Assembly (NCBI GenBank): GCA_003559735.1
Contig: PWKN01000169.1
Location: 1 to 60,357, forward strand
Direction: 5' to 3'
DNA from: Bacteroidales bacterium
GTDB taxonomy: Bacteria; Bacteroidota; Bacteroidia; Bacteroidales; UBA7960
Length of the DNA: 60,357 bases
Both the position numbers and the translations under genes were made by a program. This document shows positions 28,096 through 37,356 of this stretch, piece after piece. Within the stretch, counting starts at the first letter, position 1. The number at the start of each line of letters is the position of its first letter. A model generated the notes under the pieces. The model saw nothing but the letters and a program-made list of their open reading frames with translations, made no database searches and was not told where the DNA came from.

Positions 28096-29505
28096 TTATT
28101 TCCCTGGTTTGGATTTTATTCTGTACATGAAGTCATCACTTAGATGGTAAAAATAGATGAGTATGGCTGACAGCAGTGCACCTATAGCCGGAAAGAAGCT
28201 GAGCATCATCCGGATGCCGGTGATGGTAGTGGGTGTTTGTTCTATATTGGCCTGGAAACCGAAAATCGCCAGCAGCCATCCTGTAAGTGCACCCCCTAGT
28301 TTCCACCCAAACTTTTGCGACATGGACGACGAGGAAAAGATCAGTCCGGTTGCCCGCCGGCCGTTTTTTATTTCCGAGTAATCAGCAATGTCGCCAAACA
28401 TACTCCAGAGCAGAGGGAAAATGATGCCGGCCGAGATGCTGATAAAGAATTGGAATACAAATATGAGCCAAAGCTGGTCGGCTGTAAGCCAGAAGAATAT
28501 AACGCTAAGGATTGCGGCGGTCATCATTGCATAGAAAAATGTTTGTTTTTTGCCCAGCAGGCTGGAAACAGGTTTTGCCAGGGTGACACCGATCATATTG
28601 GCAGCCTGACCCGTGACAAGGTACAACGCACTGTATGTCATGGTGAGGTTCAGCATACCCGATGTAAATGCATTTTGTTCCAGGATATAGTACCTGAAAT
28701 AGTAGATGGTGGAGCCATCTCTGATCGAGTTGAAGATCAGGGTGGAAATCCCTGCCCCCAGCAAGATAAACCATGGTTTGTTTCCAATGAGGTCTTTCAG
28801 GTCGTCTTTAAGCTTGCTTTTTTTCTGTATGGGCTTGATCCGTTCCCTTGTCCAGCTGAAGTTAAACATAAAGAAGACCACGGCAAGGATACCGAAAACG
28901 GCAACGGATGCCTGCCATGCTCTTTGTGTTGCGTCGGCCCCTGTGAACACATTTTCAAACAAACCCACAAGTGGTTCGAAGCTCCCCAAAACCAGGAGGC
29001 TTCCAGCAAAGCCAAAGAGCATGCGGAATGTTGCCAGTGTGGTCCGTTCACCTGAGTCGGCGGTCATCACCCCCAGCAATGAAGCATAAGGGACATTAAT
29101 TGCGGTATACACCATCATCATAAGGGTATAGCTCAGGTAAGCATAAATGATCTTCCCTTGCATATCCAGGTCTGGTGTGGTAAAGGTAAGCACCCCTGCA
29201 ATGGCGAAAGGGCCTGCCACCCAGAGGATATAGGGTCTGAACTTGCCCCAGCGCGAATTGGTACGGTCGGCTATGATCCCCATAATGGTATCGTTGGAAG
29301 CATCCCATATGCGTGTAACAAGGAACATGGTGCCTACTGCGGCTGCCGGGATCCCGAACACATCTGTGTAGAAGAAGAGCAGGTACATGGAGAAAAGCTT
29401 CCAGAACATAGAGGCTGCAGCGTCACCAAATCCGAAGCCTATCCTCTCTCTGATGGGCAGCTTATGGCTGACAGAAGCTGCAGGGGTGGTTACAGGGGTT
29501 TTCAT
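28096..29505 (-). CDS. GPH-family (MelB/UidB-like) cation:oligosaccharide symporter, probable manno-oligosaccharide importer
   Basis: GFGFGDAA, RIWDASND, DRTNSRWGKFRPY, YTAINVPY, DIADYSE..NGRRATG; directly downstream of GH26. Confidence 0.9.
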   Translation of the reverse strand: MKTPVTTPAASVSHKLPIRERIGFGFGDAAASMFWKLFSMYLLFFYTDVFGIPAAAVGTMFLVTRIWDASNDTIMGIIADRTNSRWGKFRPYILWVAGPFAIAGVLTFTTPDLDMQGKIIYAYLSYTLMMMVYTAINVPYASLLGVMTADSGERTTLATFRMLFGFAGSLLVLGSFEPLVGLFENVFTGADATQRAWQASVAVFGILAVVFFMFNFSWTRERIKPIQKKSKLKDDLKDLIGNKPWFILLGAGISTLIFNSIRDGSTIYYFRYYILEQNAFTSGMLNLTMTYSALYLVTGQAANMIGVTLAKPVSSLLGKKQTFFYAMMTAAILSVIFFWLTADQLWLIFVFQFFISISAGIIFPLLWSMFGDIADYSEIKNGRRATGLIFSSSSMSQKFGWKLGGALTGWLLAIFGFQANIEQTPTTITGIRMMLSFFPAIGALLSAILIYFYHLSDDFMYRIKSKPGK

Positions 29506-29599
29506 ATGTAAATGATTATATTATTATCTTTTTTTGATCATATGAACCGGGGTCTGTTTGTTTGCCGAAGGCTGCCGGTAAGGTTATTTGTTGTTGTTA

Positions 29600-30787
29600 T
29601 TATTTTTGATACATCGGTGGAAGGTCATCTTCAAAAAGGATCAGTTCATCTTCACGGAACCTGACAAAGTCGGCTGCGGAATCATGCCCTGGGTAGGGTG
29701 CGAAAAAATGGGTTTTCCAGGCGTTTCGCCACACCAGCAGGTATGCTATCTTACTTGCTTGCGGATCTTCCTTTATGGGCCGGAGGAGTCTTTTGGTAAA
29801 CCAGTCGTTTTCCGAAACGCAGTCATTGCCTGTCTCGGTCAGTGCAGGTATTTTGTTTCGTTCTTCCGCTATTTCGACCAGTGTCCTGAGACTAAGCAGG
29901 AACAGGCTGTCTTGCACCTTTCTTGGCACACTGTCCAGATGGCTTTGCGATCTGCCTACATCCCAGTAATTGTCGAGGCCTATGATATCTACATATTCGT
30001 CGCCCGGATAGGCGTAAAGGAAGTCATTATGACAGTGTGCTGTTGCCATGCGGCTTCTGTCGGGGGAGATGGCGTACAACAAGTGGTTCACACTCAGTGT
30101 ATCTCTCAGGTAATGCACGGTGTATTGCCAGAGGGACACAAATTCCTCTTCCGTTGTATTGTGGTTGCCCCACCAGAACCAGTCGCCGTTGTGCTCGTGC
30201 CATGGCCTGAATATAACAGGGATTGGCCTTCCATTGTTGTCGCGAAGGGCGGAAAAGAAGTCGCCGACCATATCGAGCCTTTCCCTGAATTCTTCGTGCA
30301 TTTCTCCACCCGGCAGCATCAGTGCCGGAACAGGGTCCCGGCTCCAGACCTGTTTGTCGGGACCGTTGTGCATCTCGTGCCAGCTTATGGTGATCACGCC
30401 CCCCCTGGTATGACCTTCTTTGATGAACCTGATCATCTGGCTGAAAGGGATACTGTCGATATTGTTATCGAATGCTATGTGGCCAATATCCCAGCCATAT
30501 AGGGCCGGATGTGAACCAGAAACATCGCGGACATCAGAAAAGCTGTTCATGTTGTCACGCCTTCCCACACCGTAAGCCAGCGCATCCTGGTGTCCGAACA
30601 GGACGTGGGTTTCAGCGACATTCTTCAGGTTTCTGTATAACGCCCTGGTCTCTGCAGTTGCGTTGGGGTCGACAAGCTGATGGCCGCAGGAGTCTGAAGG
30701 GACTGCCTGTTGGCTGCACGACAGAATAATGTGCGCCAGTCCTGTAAAAAGTACTGCTGCCAGCAGGGGAGGTATCAATTTCTTCAT
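29600..30787 (-). CDS. GH26 beta-mannanase, lipoprotein
   Basis: Start ATG 30787 with lipobox ILSC; LFGHQD, TISWH, FRPWHEHNGDWFWWG (acid/base), YPGDEYVDIIGLDNY, ALTETG (nucleophile), LVWRN. Confidence 0.93.
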   Translation of the reverse strand: MKKLIPPLLAAVLFTGLAHIILSCSQQAVPSDSCGHQLVDPNATAETRALYRNLKNVAETHVLFGHQDALAYGVGRRDNMNSFSDVRDVSGSHPALYGWDIGHIAFDNNIDSIPFSQMIRFIKEGHTRGGVITISWHEMHNGPDKQVWSRDPVPALMLPGGEMHEEFRERLDMVGDFFSALRDNNGRPIPVIFRPWHEHNGDWFWWGNHNTTEEEFVSLWQYTVHYLRDTLSVNHLLYAISPDRSRMATAHCHNDFLYAYPGDEYVDIIGLDNYWDVGRSQSHLDSVPRKVQDSLFLLSLRTLVEIAEERNKIPALTETGNDCVSENDWFTKRLLRPIKEDPQASKIAYLLVWRNAWKTHFFAPYPGHDSAADFVRFREDELILFEDDLPPMYQK

Positions 30788-30845
30788 ATCTTCACTGGAG
30801 TTTATGTTATACCATACGGTCAAATTCAATACCCAGGTTTGGAAG

Positions 30846-30907
30846 CAAATATATTACAGTGATCGGTTTCCGGGTTTTATGTATGTTTCGAATACTGACA
30901 CATATGT
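30846..30907 (-). promoter_or_regulatory. GH26 operon promoter with putative HTCS direct-repeat site
   Basis: -7 TATATTTG (30846-30853, minus); ATGTATGT (30879) and ACATATGT (30900). Confidence 0.6.
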
Positions 30908-31151
30908 ATGTTTTGATTACTGCCGTGAACCAAAATGGTGGAAACCTTGCAAAAATCATGTCACCCGTTGTTTCTGTCATCTGGTTTTTCTCCCAATATT
31001 TTTTTAATTCCTTATTCTGACGTAATTTCGCAGCACAGGAAATGCACCTGAATGCCATCTCCTTAGTAAAGATTGTCTGATGGCACGGTGTTGTCAAAAC
31101 AGTTTGCCGTTGAACAATTCTGTCTCAGGCCAGAAAAGATGTTTTTGATAA

Positions 31152-34100
31152 ATGCGGATCCGCTTTATGCATACATCCCAAAACAAAAAAACTGTGAATT
31201 ACACCCTTTTAATGAACTTGTGGCTATTGACCATCAGCTTGCTGGTCTCATCGTTTTCGACTGCACAGGAAATAGCCATCAATGAGATCATGGCGTCAAA
31301 TTCCAAGACCATCTCCGATAATTATGGCGACCATGAAGACTGGATAGAGATATTTAATTACGGAAGCGAACCGGTAAATCTTGAAAACTATGGTTTGTCA
31401 GACGATCCCGGCAATCTGTTCCGGTGGGTGTTCCCGCCGGTAGTTGTGGAACCTGGCGATTACCTCCTGGTATGGGCGTCGGGCAAAGACATCAAACCTC
31501 AGAACGGAATGGTACATGGGGTGATGAGAGAGGTTTACAGTGGCATTACCGGACATAGTGTTCATCATCTGACCAATCATCCAAATTATCCCGACAATCC
31601 TTGCAGCAGGCATCTTGTTTCTGGTGGATTTGATGCTCCCGTTGATGTTGCAGACCACTACGGGCAACGGATGCATGCCTACCTGGAGGCGCCTGAAACA
31701 GGATATTATGTCTTCTGGATCGCCAGCGACGACAACGGCATCCTTTACCTGAGCACCGATGACAATCCGGATAATGCAGAGGAGATCGCCCGTGTTCCCG
31801 GCTGGACTCATCATATGGAATGGGATAAATATGCTGCACAGCAATCTGATGCAGTCTGGCTTAAAGAAGGGGATCTTTACTATATAAAAGCACTGATGAA
31901 AGAACACGAGGGGGGTGACAACCTGAGTGTTCGATGGAAACGTCCATCCGGAGAAACAGAAGCACCCATACCAAATGATTATTTGTTCTGGGATGAAATC
32001 GAACTCCACACCAATTTCCGGATTGACAGGGAAGGGGAAGAAATGGTGCTGACACACCATAACGGAACGGTCATTGACAGTTGCCTGCCCGTGCCTGTTC
32101 CGACCGACATATCCTATGGGAGGAAACCCGATGGTACAGGCAACTGGTACTACTTCAATCACCCAACACCAGGGGCTCCAAATGATACAGAAGCATATGA
32201 CGGGATAATGGACCCCCCGTATTTTTCGTCACCCGGCGGATTTTACAGGGAAGGTTTTGACCTGACCCTGCATCACCGTGACGAAGGGGTCTCTATAGTT
32301 TATACACTAGACGGATCAGAACCAGACAGGGGGAACCTTGAAGGAAGTGTTTACCGGTACAGGAACCGTTACCGTGAATACCAGCACCAGTCTGCCGGAG
32401 CTTTGACAGCACGTGCATACATTTCCCGCAGCTATAACGGTGCGATCGCTGTGAAAAACAGGACCGGGACAGGGGACAGTCAGGCCGGGATCAATACCAG
32501 GTGGACACAAAACCCAATTACCCCATCTGCCAGTCCGACAAGAGGCACCGTGGTCAGGGCAAGAGCTTATAAAGAGGGATACATTCCGAGCGACATTGTT
32601 TCGGGGACCTATATCATCCGTGATGACCCATACCCCATCCCGGTGGTATCACTGGTTTTGCCTGAAGCCTCCTTTTTTGATTATGATACGGGTATTTATG
32701 TTGCAGGAAGAACATTTGATCAATGGCGGGCACAGAACTGGCACGCAGGGATTGGTGGCGCATCACCTGCCAATTTCAATATGCGTGGCAGCGACTGGGA
32801 GCGGGAAATGAATTTTGAATTTTTTGACAATACCGGTAAAAACATACTGAACCATAGGGCCGGCGTACGTATCCATGGGGGATGGAGCAGGTCTTTTCCC
32901 CAAAAGTCTCTGCGTCTGTATGCCAGGGGCGGCTATGGAACAAATGAGTTTGAACATCAGTTGTTTCCGTCAAAATCTGCAGACCGGTTCAAGCGGTTTA
33001 TGATGAGGGCCTCAGGGAATGATCACGATCTTACTTTTTTTCGTGACGCACTGATCCAGCAAATGGTTATCAACAGGCCAATAGACATGCAACACTGGGA
33101 GCCTGTAATGACATTCTTAAATGGGGAGTTCTGGGGTATCCTGAATATGAGGGACCGGTTCGACAAATACTACCTGCATTACAAATATGGTGTTGACCCT
33201 GAACAAGTCGATTTGCTGACAAACAATGCAGCGGTCAAGGAGGGTGACAACCAGCACTACAACGCAATGATGCGTTATGCCGAAGACCATGACCTGAGTG
33301 ACCCCGACCATTACCGGCACATGAACACCCTTATGGATGTTGACAATTTTGCTGAGTATTATGCCATCCAGATCTATGCCCGCAACACAGACTGGCCGGG
33401 AAATAATATTGATTTTTGGAGGCACCGCACCGACGGTTATGTGCCGGATGCTCCCTGCGGACATGATGGGCGGTGGCGCTGGATGCTTTTTGACCTGGAT
33501 TTTGGTTTCGGAATATGGAATCACGGGCCCTGGCATAATACGCTGGAATTTGCGGCTGAAGCACATGGCCCCGGATGGCCTAACCCCCCCTGGTCGACCA
33601 GCCTGTTCAGGAACCTGCTCGGGAATCAGGACTTCAGGAATAAGATGGCAAACAGGTTGGCAGACATGATGAATGGCCCGTTTTACCCTGACTCGGTGCG
33701 CTCAAAAATTGATCAGATGCAGGAAAGGTATGCACCTGTGATTGCTGAGCAGATTGACAGGTGGACATTGATTGAGTCAGTGAACAGCTGGAATAACCAT
33801 GTCAATGTAATGAGGAATTTTGCAGAGAGAAGACCGGACTATGTAAAAGAGCATGTGCAAAGTTTCTTTGACCTGGCAGGCAATTACAACCTGACCGTCG
33901 GTGTGGGATCGGGCAAGGGATCCATCCGGGTAAGCACATTGAATATAGACAATCCATCCTCGTGGAGCGGTACCTATTTCCATGATGTTCCTGTTGAAGT
34001 GGAGGCCATCGCAGATAATAATTACCGTTTCAGTCACTGGGAAGGGGGATCAGATTCAACATCCGAACGCATCACTGTCAATACAAATGATGACATTGTC

Positions 34101-35930
34101 CTTAAAGCGCATTTTGTAAAAGCTGCTGACCCCATCCTTATTGCTTTCTGGGTGTTCGACACTTCGATGCCCAACAACACACCGCTCGAGGCAATATCTG
34201 ACACCCATCATGCGCTGAACCCGGCAACAATTTATTTTCATTCTGCACTTGACGGATATCCCTTTTCTTCCGGGCATCCTGACTGGCGAAAAGCATCAAT
34301 GGAAAGACGTAACCAGCCCACAAGTATTAATTACCGGGAAGAAGGCAACAACGGTGTTGAATACGCCGATGCTGCCTTGCGCGGAATGCAGGTAAGGCAA
34401 CCCTTTACCGGCAACAATGGCGAAAATACGCTCGTATTCCATATACCCACCAGCGGTTTCACCGATGTAGTTTTCCGCTTTGCCGCAAAAGATGAAGGTG
34501 CTGCTGAAGCTTTGGTGGCGGACTATAGTGTGGTAGAGGACATTGGAAACTGGGTAACCGAGGGGATGAAGGCCTCCATCCTGGAGCTCGCTGATGATTA
34601 TGTGGGTTATGAAATAGACTTTACGGATGTTGAAGATGCCGGCAACAACCCATGGTTCAGGATCCGTATCCGGTTTGCCGGCGACGACATGGAGGCTGAT
34701 GATGGCAACAGGGTTACATTCAATAATGTCAGCCTGGAAGGGATCCCGGTCGGTGATGTTGTCTGTCCACCAGAGGTGGTTTCTGATGTGACGCTGAAAA
34801 AGGCCGTTGAGCATGGTGAACCGCTGATTATTGATATGAACAGCATCTTTGAGGTACCTTCCGGAAATTCGCTTGCATTCTCGGCAAAAAGCACCCGTCC
34901 GGAAGTCCTCGCAACAGCATTGAATGATGAACAGCTTGAACTGACCCCACTTAAAAGGGGCGATGCACAGGTTGCCGTTTCGGCCCATGCCAGCAATCAT
35001 CCTGCTGCAGAGCATACCTTCCGGGTGCTGGTGTACCCGGAAGCCCACCGGTTGCACGGCAAAGACTTTGTTTTCAGCAGCTGGGATGCAAACCAACAGG
35101 AACTGCAATACCCGGAAAACATGTTGTTCCTTCAGTCCGGCACCGATGATCCGGGCATTGATGATCCATTGCTGTACCCCTATTTTATTGCCCACAATGA
35201 CTACCACAGCAATGACCTGGAAACAATCGGGTTTCCCTATAACAACACCGGACGCAGCCGTATAAACGGACTGGGAGATGATGGCATTTCGTTCATCAAC
35301 ACTGGAAGGGGCAGGGATTTGGGGGGCGCATTGCTGGCGCTGAATACCAAGGGGACAGATAACGCTGCAGTTCAGTGGAAGGCCGGGACCCTCATTCAGA
35401 ACAGCAGGGTTTATGCCCTCCGTTTACAATACAGGGTAGGTACGTCTGGAAGGTTTCATGATGTAATCTTCAATGGCAAGGTGTCGCAATACCTTGCCGG
35501 TGATCCGGGACATACAGAGGAGATGCCTGCAGTAAGGCTTCCTGCTGAGGTGATGGGACAGGAATATGTGCAATTGCTGTGGCGGTATTACCATATATAC
35601 GGCGACAGCGGGCCAAGAGCGCAGCTGCGGCTGGATGACATTGTTGTGCGTGAGCTTGCAGACGATGATGACCTGGATATACCCGGGTTGCCGGGCGGAA
35701 ATGAGATCAGGGTGTTCCCCAATCCTGCAGTCAGCATGGTCCATATTTCTTCGGTACGTCCCGTTGAGTCTGTGGAGGTGTATACCATATCCGGACAACT
35801 CGTTGACCGTCTTTCAGGCGGCAAAGAGATAACCTCCATTCCGGTGGGTCATTTGGACACGGGAATGTATTTTCTGCGAATTGTCACCCATGATGCGATA
35901 CAGGTATTTAAAATCCAGATCCATCAATAA
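31152..35930 (+). CDS. CotH kinase family multidomain protein (lamin-tail, PA14, Fn3-associated, CotH, Ig-like, T9SS CTD)
   Basis: INEIMASN...DWIEIFN (LTD); FWIASDDNG, MKEHEGGDNL (PA14); YTLDGSEP; RIHGGWSR..PQKSLRLY, NGEFWG, NTDWPGNN, WRWMLFDLDFG (CotH); FPNPA CTD. True start may be a downstream Met (31167 or 31212). Confidence 0.85.
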   Translation: MRIRFMHTSQNKKTVNYTLLMNLWLLTISLLVSSFSTAQEIAINEIMASNSKTISDNYGDHEDWIEIFNYGSEPVNLENYGLSDDPGNLFRWVFPPVVVEPGDYLLVWASGKDIKPQNGMVHGVMREVYSGITGHSVHHLTNHPNYPDNPCSRHLVSGGFDAPVDVADHYGQRMHAYLEAPETGYYVFWIASDDNGILYLSTDDNPDNAEEIARVPGWTHHMEWDKYAAQQSDAVWLKEGDLYYIKALMKEHEGGDNLSVRWKRPSGETEAPIPNDYLFWDEIELHTNFRIDREGEEMVLTHHNGTVIDSCLPVPVPTDISYGRKPDGTGNWYYFNHPTPGAPNDTEAYDGIMDPPYFSSPGGFYREGFDLTLHHRDEGVSIVYTLDGSEPDRGNLEGSVYRYRNRYREYQHQSAGALTARAYISRSYNGAIAVKNRTGTGDSQAGINTRWTQNPITPSASPTRGTVVRARAYKEGYIPSDIVSGTYIIRDDPYPIPVVSLVLPEASFFDYDTGIYVAGRTFDQWRAQNWHAGIGGASPANFNMRGSDWEREMNFEFFDNTGKNILNHRAGVRIHGGWSRSFPQKSLRLYARGGYGTNEFEHQLFPSKSADRFKRFMMRASGNDHDLTFFRDALIQQMVINRPIDMQHWEPVMTFLNGEFWGILNMRDRFDKYYLHYKYGVDPEQVDLLTNNAAVKEGDNQHYNAMMRYAEDHDLSDPDHYRHMNTLMDVDNFAEYYAIQIYARNTDWPGNNIDFWRHRTDGYVPDAPCGHDGRWRWMLFDLDFGFGIWNHGPWHNTLEFAAEAHGPGWPNPPWSTSLFRNLLGNQDFRNKMANRLADMMNGPFYPDSVRSKIDQMQERYAPVIAEQIDRWTLIESVNSWNNHVNVMRNFAERRPDYVKEHVQSFFDLAGNYNLTVGVGSGKGSIRVSTLNIDNPSSWSGTYFHDVPVEVEAIADNNYRFSHWEGGSDSTSERITVNTNDDIVLKAHFVKAADPILIAFWVFDTSMPNNTPLEAISDTHHALNPATIYFHSALDGYPFSSGHPDWRKASMERRNQPTSINYREEGNNGVEYADAALRGMQVRQPFTGNNGENTLVFHIPTSGFTDVVFRFAAKDEGAAEALVADYSVVEDIGNWVTEGMKASILELADDYVGYEIDFTDVEDAGNNPWFRIRIRFAGDDMEADDGNRVTFNNVSLEGIPVGDVVCPPEVVSDVTLKKAVEHGEPLIIDMNSIFEVPSGNSLAFSAKSTRPEVLATALNDEQLELTPLKRGDAQVAVSAHASNHPAAEHTFRVLVYPEAHRLHGKDFVFSSWDANQQELQYPENMLFLQSGTDDPGIDDPLLYPYFIAHNDYHSNDLETIGFPYNNTGRSRINGLGDDGISFINTGRGRDLGGALLALNTKGTDNAAVQWKAGTLIQNSRVYALRLQYRVGTSGRFHDVIFNGKVSQYLAGDPGHTEEMPAVRLPAEVMGQEYVQLLWRYYHIYGDSGPRAQLRLDDIVVRELADDDDLDIPGLPGGNEIRVFPNPAVSMVHISSVRPVESVEVYTISGQLVDRLSGGKEITSIPVGHLDTGMYFLRIVTHDAIQVFKIQIHQ

Positions 35931-35963
35931 GGGACGGTTGATACAGTTGACCTCCTGCCAGGC

Positions 35964-37304
35964 TTATGCGCCAGGTGCTGTGCCAGGCACAGGGATGCTT
36001 GTCGGGATGTTGACCGGTCCCATTGCAATTTTATCCGGACCAAGCCGAAGGCTCGAATTCATCATTTCCTCCCAGGTAACTTCCCTGCCTGTATAGGCTG
36101 ATATCCTCCCCATAATGGCTGTCATGGTTGAAATGGCACACGCCTCCGCCTCGCTGAAGGGGGTGTCGTTACGTATGGCAGTTATCAGGTGGATGATCTC
36201 CTGTTCGTACGGATTGATGTTGATCCGCTCGTTTTCTCCGTCAGCCGTGTGCATATAATCAAATTCCCATATGGGATTTCCCTTATGGTCTTCAATGCGG
36301 TTGACACAATTAGAGCGTCCCTTTATTCCCACAATGTGCTCTGAAATATTATTTGCACAATTGTCAATCTGCCTGCACATGGCGTGCATATGCATTCCGT
36401 CTTCATAGACAAAATCGACGCTGAAATTGTCATACTGGTCACCTGAGGGCCGTCTGTGACTGCTTCCGAAACCAACGGCCTTTACCGGGTGACCCCCTTT
36501 AAACCAGTTAATGACATCGATGTTGTGTATGTTTTGATCGAGTATATGGTCGCCCTGCAGCCATATCCAGTTATTCCAGTCCCTGAGCATAAACTCCATA
36601 TCTGTCCACGAAGGATCTCTTCTGGCAAACCATGAATGTCCCTGATTCCAGTAGCAATTGGCAGCAATGATGTCACCGATGATCCCACTCTCAATGTATG
36701 CCTTTGTTGTCACATAATCGAGCTGGTGGCGGCGTTGGGTACCGGTACCTACTTTTAATCCTATAGAGTCGGCCTGGCGGGCAGATGCAATGATTGCCCT
36801 TGTGCCGACGGGATCAACGGCAACGGGTTTTTCCATAAACACATGCTTGCGTGCCCGAACGGCGGCATCAAAATGCTGCGGACGGAAAAAGGGGGGTGTG
36901 GCAAGTGCCACGATATCAACATCTGAGGCGATAAGGTGCTGATACCCGTCAAAGCCAATAAAACATTTTTCATCCGCTACTTCAACACCTTTTTTCTCTT
37001 TGAGTTCTCTTCTGCACCATGCCATACGGTCGCTAAAGACGTCTGCCAAAGCAGTGATCTCTATATCCGGATCAGCATCCAGGAAATTGAACAATGCTCC
37101 GGTACCACGTCCCCCGCATCCCACCAGTCCGACTTTCAGGGTGCGGCCACCCGGCGCTTTTTCAGGAAACACAGGCACCTGGGGTTTGCTTGTCCTGCTG
37201 CACGATTGCAGCAAAGCACCTGCACCCAATATGCCGACAGCTGCTGCTGCTGATGCATCTTTAATAAATTTCCTTCTTCCTGGTAATTCACTTTTGCTGT
37301 TCAT
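35964..37304 (-). CDS. Tat-exported (lipo)protein, Gfo/Idh/MocA family oxidoreductase (paralogue of 4422-5789)
   Basis: GRRKFIK twin-arginine, LQSC, GLVGCGGRGTGA, HFDAAVRARKHVFMEKPVAVDPVG, DQNIHNID. Confidence 0.9.
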   Translation of the reverse strand: MNSKSELPGRRKFIKDASAAAAVGILGAGALLQSCSRTSKPQVPVFPEKAPGGRTLKVGLVGCGGRGTGALFNFLDADPDIEITALADVFSDRMAWCRRELKEKKGVEVADEKCFIGFDGYQHLIASDVDIVALATPPFFRPQHFDAAVRARKHVFMEKPVAVDPVGTRAIIASARQADSIGLKVGTGTQRRHQLDYVTTKAYIESGIIGDIIAANCYWNQGHSWFARRDPSWTDMEFMLRDWNNWIWLQGDHILDQNIHNIDVINWFKGGHPVKAVGFGSSHRRPSGDQYDNFSVDFVYEDGMHMHAMCRQIDNCANNISEHIVGIKGRSNCVNRIEDHKGNPIWEFDYMHTADGENERININPYEQEIIHLITAIRNDTPFSEAEACAISTMTAIMGRISAYTGREVTWEEMMNSSLRLGPDKIAMGPVNIPTSIPVPGTAPGA

Positions 37305-37356
37305 TGTTGTTTTTTTTAAGGGTAAATGGATAGAACCAATAGTTTGTTTTTTGTAT

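Noticed and set aside
29588-30502. Long antisense ORFs (for example 29588-30502, 4521-5384, 34296-35207, 49504-50355)
   Set aside because: They are shadows of well-supported genes on the opposite strand and have no recognisable motifs.
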